Notes under the pieces: generated by a model
The model's input: the letters and a program-made list of their open reading frames with translations, nothing else
What the model was told of the DNA's origin: nothing
The model's database searches: none
Translations under genes and position numbers: made by a program
Part shown: positions 56,851 to 64,000 of the stretch, one piece after another
How positions within the stretch are numbered: the first letter of the stretch is position 1
Layout: the number at the start of each line of letters is the position of its first letter
Source of the DNA: the human T2T-CHM13v2.0 reference genome, Homo sapiens
Strand: one strand, 5' to 3'
NCBI RefSeq assembly: GCF_009914755.1
Contig: NC_060948.1
Length of the DNA: 64,000 nt

Positions 56851-59800
56851 AATGGAATGGGCTGGAATGGAAAGGAATCGAAACGAATGGAATGGAATCG
56901 AACTGAAGAGACTGGAACGGAATGCACTGGAATGGAAGGGAGTGTAATGGAAGGTTCTCGAAAAAAATGGAATCGAATGGAATGGAATTGAATGGAACGG
57001 AATAGAGTCGAATGGAATTGAATGGAATGGAATGGACTAGAGTGAAATGGAATCGAACCACAAGGAATGGACAGGAATAGAATGGTCTCGAATTGAATGG
57101 AATCGTATGGAATGGCATCAAACGGAATGGAATGGACAGCCACGGAATGGAATGCACTCGAATGCAATGGAGTCGAAACTAATGGACTGGAATAGAATGG
57201 ACTCGACTGGTACGGACTCCAATGGAATGGAATCGAATGGAAGGGAATCGAACGGAATGGACTCGAAGGGACAAGACTGCAAAGGAAAGGTCTCGAATGG
57301 AATGGAAATTAATGGAATGGAATGGAATCGAATGAAATGGAGTCAAAAGGAATGGAATCGAATGGCAAGAAATCGAATGTAATGGAATCACAAAGAATTG
57401 ATGTGAACGGAACGGAATGGAATGGAATCCAAAGGAATGGAATAGAATGGAATGGAATCGAATGGAAAGGACTCGAATGGAAATCACTCGAATAGAATGC
57501 AATTTAATAAAATAGGATCAAATGTAATGGAATGGAATGGAAAGGAATCGAAACGAAAGGAATGGAGACAGATGGAATGGAATGGAACAGAGAGCAATGG
57601 TATAGAATGGAATGGAATCATCTGGAATGGAATTGAATGGAATGGAATAATATGAAATGGAATGGAATGGAATGGAATGGAATGCCCTTGAATTAAATGG
57701 ACTGGAATGGAATGGACTCGAACAGAGTGGAATGGAAAGTGTTGAGATAGAATGGAATGGACTCCTTTGGAATGGTCTAGTATGCAATGCAATCGACTGG
57801 TAGGGAATCAAAAGGAATGTAATCGAATGGATTGGACTGGAATGCAATGGACTCGAATAGATTGGAAACGGAATGCAAAGGAATGGAATGGAATAGTATG
57901 GAATGGAATGGAAAGGAATGGAGTGGAATAGACTAGAGTGGAATGGAATGGACCGGAAAGCAATGGACTGGAATGGAACTTTCTTGAATGGACTGGAATC
58001 AAACGGAATGGAATGCAATGCAATCAAATGGCATGGAATAAAATAGAATGAAAGAGAATCAAATGGAATTGAATCGAATGGAATCGAATGGATTGGAAAG
58101 GAATAGAATGGAATGGAATGGAATTGACTCAAATGGAATGGACTAGAATGGAATGGATTCGAATGGAAGGCAAAGGAATGGAATCTATTGGAATGGACTG
58201 TAATGGAATGGAATGGAAGGGATTGGAATGGACTCGAATGGAATGGACTGCAATAGAAAGGATTCGAATGGAATGAAAAAGAATTGAATGGAATAGAACA
58301 GAATGGAATCAAATCGAATGAAATGGAATGGAATAGAAAGGAATGGAATGAAATGGAATGGAAAGGATTCGAATGGAATGCAATCGAATGGAATGGAATC
58401 GAACGGAATGGAATAAAATGGAAGAAAACTGGCAAGAAATGGAATCGAAATGAATGGAGTGTTATGGAACGGACTCAAAAGGAATTGAATGTAATAGAAT
58501 GGAGTGGAGTGGACTCGAATATAATGGACTGGAATGGAATGAAATCACATGGAATGGGAACGAATGGAATGGAATGGAAAGGAATGGAATCGAATGGAAA
58601 GGAATCGAATGGAAGGGAATGAAATTGAATCAACAGGAATGGAAGGGAATAGAATAGACGGTAATGGAATGGACTCGAATAGAATGGACACGAATGCTCA
58701 AATTGAATGGACTCGAATGGAATGGAAACGAAAGGAATGTCATCGAATGGAATTGAATCGATTGGAATGAAATCGCATAGAATGGAGTGGAATCAAATGG
58801 AATTGAATCGAAAGGAAAGGAAGCGAATGGACTGAAATGAAATGGAATGGAATTGAATGGAAAGTAATGCAATGGAATAGAATGGAACGAAATTTCACGG
58901 AATGGAATCAAACTGAATGGAATCAAATCAATGGAATCTAATCAAATGGAATGGAAAGGAATTGAATGGAGTAGATTGGATTGGATGGGATTGGAATGAA
59001 ATGTACTGGAAAGGACTCGAATTTCATGAAACGGAATGGAATGAATTGGAACGGAATGGACTCGAATGAAATGGAATGTCATGGAATGGCATCAAATGGA
59101 ATGGCATCAAATGGAATGGAATCGAATGCAATGGAATGCTATGGAATGGAATGGAATGCATTGGAATGGAATGTCCTCTAATGAAATGGATTCGAGTGGA
59201 ATGGAATCGAATATAATGGAGTCGAACGAAATGGAATTGAAAGGAATGGGATCGAATAGAATGGAATATACTGAAATGTAATGTAATGAACTCGAATGTA
59301 ATTGACTGGAATGGAATGTACATGAATGGAATGTAATCGAATGGAAAGTAATCCAATGGAATAGAATCTAATGCAATAAAACCGACTCAGATAGAGTAGA
59401 ATGTAATGGAATGGAGTGCAGTGCAATGGAATGGAATGGAATTGAATGCAATGGAATGGAATGGAATGGAATGGAATGGAATGGAATGGAATGGGATGGA
59501 ATGGTATGGAATGGATAGTAATGGACTGGAGTGAAATGGACTGGAAAGGAATGGACTCAAATTGAAAGGGCTCGAAAGGAATGGAGTCAAATGGAATGGT
59601 CTGGAATGGAATGAACACGAGTGTAATGCAATCCAATAGAATGGAAACGAATGACATGGAATATAAAGAAATGGAATCGAAGAGAATGGAAACAAATGGA
59701 ATGGAATTGAATGGAATGGAATTGAATGGAATGGGAACGAATGGAGTGAAATTGTATGCAGTAGAAGGGAATAGAATGGAATGCAAGTGAAAGGAAAGGA

Positions 59801-62800
59801 ATGGATTGGAATGGAATGGAATTCATTGGAATGGAAGGGAATGTAGTGTAATGGACAGGCCTGGAATAAAGTGGAATGCTACGGTCTCGAATGGAATAAA
59901 AATGTATGGAATGGAATGCAATGAAACGGAATCGAATGTCATAGAATGTAATGGAATGCAACAAAATGGAATCCAAAATCATTGACTGGAAAGGCTGGGT
60001 GTCGAAAGGAATTGACTCCAATGGAATGGAATCGAATGGAATGGAAGTGAATAGAATCGAACTAAATCGAATGGAATGGAATTGATAGGAACGGAATGGA
60101 AAGGAATGCAATGATTTGGCATGGAATGGAATCGAATGGCATCGAATGGAATGGAATGGAATGCAATGGAATGGAATGTATTAGAATGTAATGAACTTTA
60201 ATGGAATGTACTCGAATGGATTCGACTGGAATGGAATGTTCTGGAAGTGAATGGACTCCAATGGAATGGATTCAAAAGGAATGGAATCGTACGGAATGGA
60301 ATCTAATGGAATGGAATTAAATGGAAATGAATCAAATTGAATAGCACGGAATTGAATTGAATGGAATCGAATGCAATGGAATCTAATGAAACGGAAAGGA
60401 AAGGAATGCAATGGAATGGAATGGGCTGGAATGGAAAGGAATCGAAACGAATGGAATGGAATCGAACTGAAGAGACTGGAATGGAATGCACTGGAATGGA
60501 AGGGAGTGTAATGGAAGGTTCTCGAAAAAAATGGAATCGAATGGAATGGAATTGAATGGAACGGAATAGAGTCGAATGGAATTGAATGGAATGGAATGGA
60601 CTAGAGTGAAATGGAATCGAACCACAAGGAATGGAGAGGAATAGAATGGTCTCGAATTGAATGGAATCGTATGGAATGGCATCAAACGGAATGGAATGGA
60701 CAGCCACGGAATGGAATGCACTCGAATGCAATGGAGTCGAAACTAATGGACTGGAATAGAATGGACTCGACTGGTACGGACTCCAATGGAAGGGAAAAGA
60801 ATGGAAGGGAATCGAACGGAATGGACTCGAAGGGAAAAGACTGCAATGGAAAGGTCTCGAATGGAATGGAAATTAATGGAATGGAATGGAATCGAATGAA
60901 ATGGAGTCAAAAGGAATGGAATCGAATGGCAAGAAATCGAATGTAATGGAATCGCAAGGAATTGATGTGAACGGAACGGAATGGAATGGAATCCAAAGGA
61001 ATGGAATAGAATGGAATGGAATCGAATGGAAAGGACTCGAATGGAAATCACTGGAATAGAATGCAATTTAATAATATAGGATCAAATGTAATGGAATGGA
61101 ATGGAAAGGAATCGAAACGAAAGGAATGGAGACAGATGGAATGGAATAGAACAGAGAGCAATGGTATAGAACGGAATGGAATCATCTGGAATGGAATTGA
61201 ATGGAATGGAATAATATGAAATGGAATGGAATGGAATGGAATGGAATGCCCTTGAATTAAATGGACTGGAATGGAATGGACTCGAACAGAGTGGAATGGA
61301 AAGTGTTGAGATAGAATGGAATGGACTCGTTTGGAATGGTCTAGTATGCAATGCAATCGACTGGTAGGGAATCAAAAGGAATGTAATCGAATGGATTGGA
61401 CTGGAATGCAATGGACTCGAATAGATTGCAAACGGAATGCAAAGGAATGGAATGGAATAGTATGGAATGGAATGGAAAGGAATGGAGTGGAATAGACTAG
61501 AGTGGAATGGAATGGACTGGAAAGCAATGGACTGGAATGGAACTTTCTTGAATGGACTGGAATCAAACGGAATGGAATGCAATGCAATCAAATGGCATGG
61601 AATAAAATAGAATGAAAAAGAATCAAATGGAATTGAATCGAATGGAATCGAATGGATTGGAAAGGAATAGAATGGAATGGAATGGAATGGACTAGAATGG
61701 AATGGATTCGAATGGAAGGCAAAGGAATGGAATCTATTGGAATGGACTGTAATGGAATGGAATGGAAGGGATTGGAATGGACTCGAATGGAATGGACTGC
61801 AATAGAAAGGATTCGAATGGAATGAAAAAGAATTGAATGGAATAGAACAGAATGGAATCAAATCGAATGAAATGGAATGGAATAGAAAGGAATGGAATGA
61901 AATGGAATGGAAAGGATTCGAATGGAATGCAATCGAATGGAATGGAATCGCACGGAATGGAATAAAATGGAAGAAAACTGGCAAGAAATGGAATCGAAAT
62001 GAATGGAGTGTTATGGAACGGACTCAAAAGGAATTGAATGTAATAGAATGGAGTGGAGTGGACTCGAATATAATGGACTGGAATGGAATGAAATCACATG
62101 GAATGGGAACGAATGGAATGGAATGGAAAGGAATGGAATCGAATGGAAAGGAATCGAATGGAAGGGAATGAAATTGAATCAACAGGAATGGAAGGGAATA
62201 GAATAGACGGTAATGGAATGGACTCGAATAGAATGGACACGAATGCTCAAATTGAATGGACTCGAATGGAATGGAAACGAAAGGAATGTCATCGAATGGA
62301 ATTGAATCGATTGGAATGAAATCGCATAGAATGGAGTGGAATCAAATGGAATTGAATCGAAAGGAAAGGAAGCGAATGGACTGAAATGAAATGGAATGGA
62401 ATTGAATGGAAAGTAATGCAATGGAATAGAATGGAACGAAATTTCACGGAATGGAATCAAACTGAATGGAATCAAATCAATGGAATCCAATCAAATGGAA
62501 TGGAGTAGATTGGATTGGATGGGATTGGAATGAAATGTACTGGAAAGGACTCGAATTTCATGAAACGGAATGGAATGAATTGGAACGGAATGGACTCGAA
62601 TGGAATGGAATGTCATAGAATGGCATCAAATGGAATGGCATCAAATGGAATGGAATCGAATGCAATGGAATGCTATGGAATGGAATGGAATGCATTGGAA
62701 TGGAATGTCCTCTAATGGAATGGATTCGAGTGGAATGGAATCGAATATAATGGAGTCGAATGAAATGGAATTGAAAGGAATGGGATCGAATACAATGGAA

Positions 62801-62902
62801 TATACTGGAATGTAATGTAATGAACTCGAATGTAATTGACTGGAATGGAATGTACATGAATGGAATGTAATCGAATGGAAAGTAATCCAATGGAATAGAA
62901 TC

Positions 62903-63559
62903 ATATATGATATATAATATATGTATAATATTGTTTTACATCCTGCATCTTATGTTATATATATTGTATAAAATATAATAATTGATTATATATACTTTTA
63001 TAACATAATTTACATAAAATATCATAATATAATATATATTATATTATTTCATATTACATAATATATATTACATATCACCCAATATAAGTAACATACATAA
63101 TATTATAATATAGATTATATTATGTTATATTAAATATCATATATATTATGTATCATATATTCTATAATATATATTATACATTATATAATATGTATGTTGT
63201 CTATTATGTGATATATATAACTATACATATAATTATATTATTATACGTATAACTAGATAAACATGTAATTCTACATATTTTCATTTATAATATATAGAAT
63301 GATATAATCATATATAATTATGTATATTCTATAAAAAATTATATCATTATATAAATTATAATATATAAAAATTATAATATGTACTACAAATATATATATT
63401 ATATATCATATATGATATAGTACCTTTGTTATATATCATAATACATATAAATGTGTATTATGTTATCTATAATTATATAATTTCATATATAAGATGTATA
63501 ATATGTGTCATATATTATATATGTTATGTAATATATATAGTATATATAAGATGACACAG
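62903..63559. repeat. Extremely AT-rich low-complexity, degenerate (TA)n segment
   Basis: Only a handful of G/C per 60-bp line; short TATAT/ATATA motifs without a clean period. Confidence 0.92.
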
Positions 63560-63569
63560 GATAAATATT
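63560..63569 (+). repeat. Left target-site duplication GATAAATATT
   Basis: An identical 10-mer follows the Alu A-tail at 63847-63856. Confidence 0.88.
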
Positions 63570-63892
<323 letters not shown>

Positions 63893-63939
63893 TTACATAT
63901 AAGGCATAGCACATAACATGTAATATATATCATATATAA

Positions 63940-64000
63940 TTTTTTTTTGACAGAGTCTTGTCGTGTTGCACAGGGTGGGGCACAATGGCGCCATCTTTGC
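63940..64000 (-). mobile_element. Highly diverged Alu 3' end on the minus strand (probably the Alu fragment intrinsic to DYZ2); runs off the window
   Basis: T9 followed by GACAGAGTCTTGTCGTGTTGCACAGGGTGGGGCACAATGGCGCCATCTTTGC. This aligns with many mismatches to antisense Alu GAGACGGAGTCTCGCTCTGTCGCCCAGGCTGGAGTGCAGTGGCGCGATCTCGGC. Confidence 0.85.

Larger units (their letters stand above)
1..62902 (+). repeat. DYZ1: DYZ1 / human satellite 3 (Y-type) tandem array of ~3.56-kb units made of diverged GGAAT pentamers; about 17.6 units
   Basis: Seen: (GGAAT)n with CGAAT, GGACT and TGAAT variants throughout. A conserved HaeIII/StuI site (caGGCCtg) recurs at 2844, 6403, 9962, 13541, 17120, 20694, 24263, 27827, 31386, 34955, 38514, 42088, 45652, 49191, 52755, 56294 and 59858. 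This gives units of 3559, 3559, 3579, 3579, 3574, 3569, 3564, 3559, 3569, 3559, 3574, 3564, 3539, 3564, 3539 and 3564 bp. Established: DYZ1 is the ~3.56-kb HaeIII pentameric repeat of Yq12 and alternates with DYZ2. Confidence 0.96.

Noticed and set aside
1-62902. CRISPR-like or telomeric array
   Set aside because: There is no repeat-unique spacer alternation and no TTAGGG; whole 3.56-kb units are near-identical tandem copies.
1-62902. Assignment to HSat2, chr9 satellite III or alpha satellite
   Set aside because: There is no dominant CATTCGATTC periodicity and no 171-bp monomer. The ~3.56-kb HaeIII unit and the adjacent AT-rich/Alu block fit DYZ1/DYZ2.
43-62904. Hundreds of ORFs (MEWNG-rich on the + strand, FHSIP-rich on the - strand, up to 318 aa) recurring every unit
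   Set aside because: They are direct translations of (GGAAT)n and (ATTCC)n, which lack stop codons when pure. They overlap in all frames, show no domain-like content, and are broken or fused freely by 5-bp indels and SNVs.
62903-63559. TATA-box promoter in the AT-rich segment
   Set aside because: TATA-like words are expected by composition, and there is no associated gene.

Overview
This is eukaryotic satellite DNA with no protein-coding gene, RNA gene or CRISPR array. It is almost certainly human Yq12 heterochromatin. Bases 1-62902 are an uninterrupted, single-orientation tandem array of about 17.6 copies of a ~3.56-kb unit built from diverged (GGAAT)n pentamers, matching DYZ1 (Y-type human satellite 3). 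The 16 complete HaeIII-to-HaeIII units measure 3539-3579 bp, and every length is 4 mod 5. At 62902/62903 the array breaks abruptly into very AT-rich sequence followed by a diverged minus-strand Alu fragment, the layout of the DYZ2/HSat1B repeat. A separate young, 5'-truncated AluY with a 31-nt A-tail and a 10-bp target-site duplication is inserted in the AT-rich part. Points worth a second look: (1) three perfect tripartite heat-shock elements per DYZ1 unit, conserved in every copy (52 in the window); (2) nested duplications and mosaics at 1, 2, 4, 5, 6 and 11-unit spacing, readable from shared variants; (3) indels quantised at 5 and 15 bp; (4) a local hyper-diverged patch and a diverged array edge; (5) a tail-to-tail Alu pair. 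All listed ORFs are repeat artefacts. I found no evidence for a new protein-based system.
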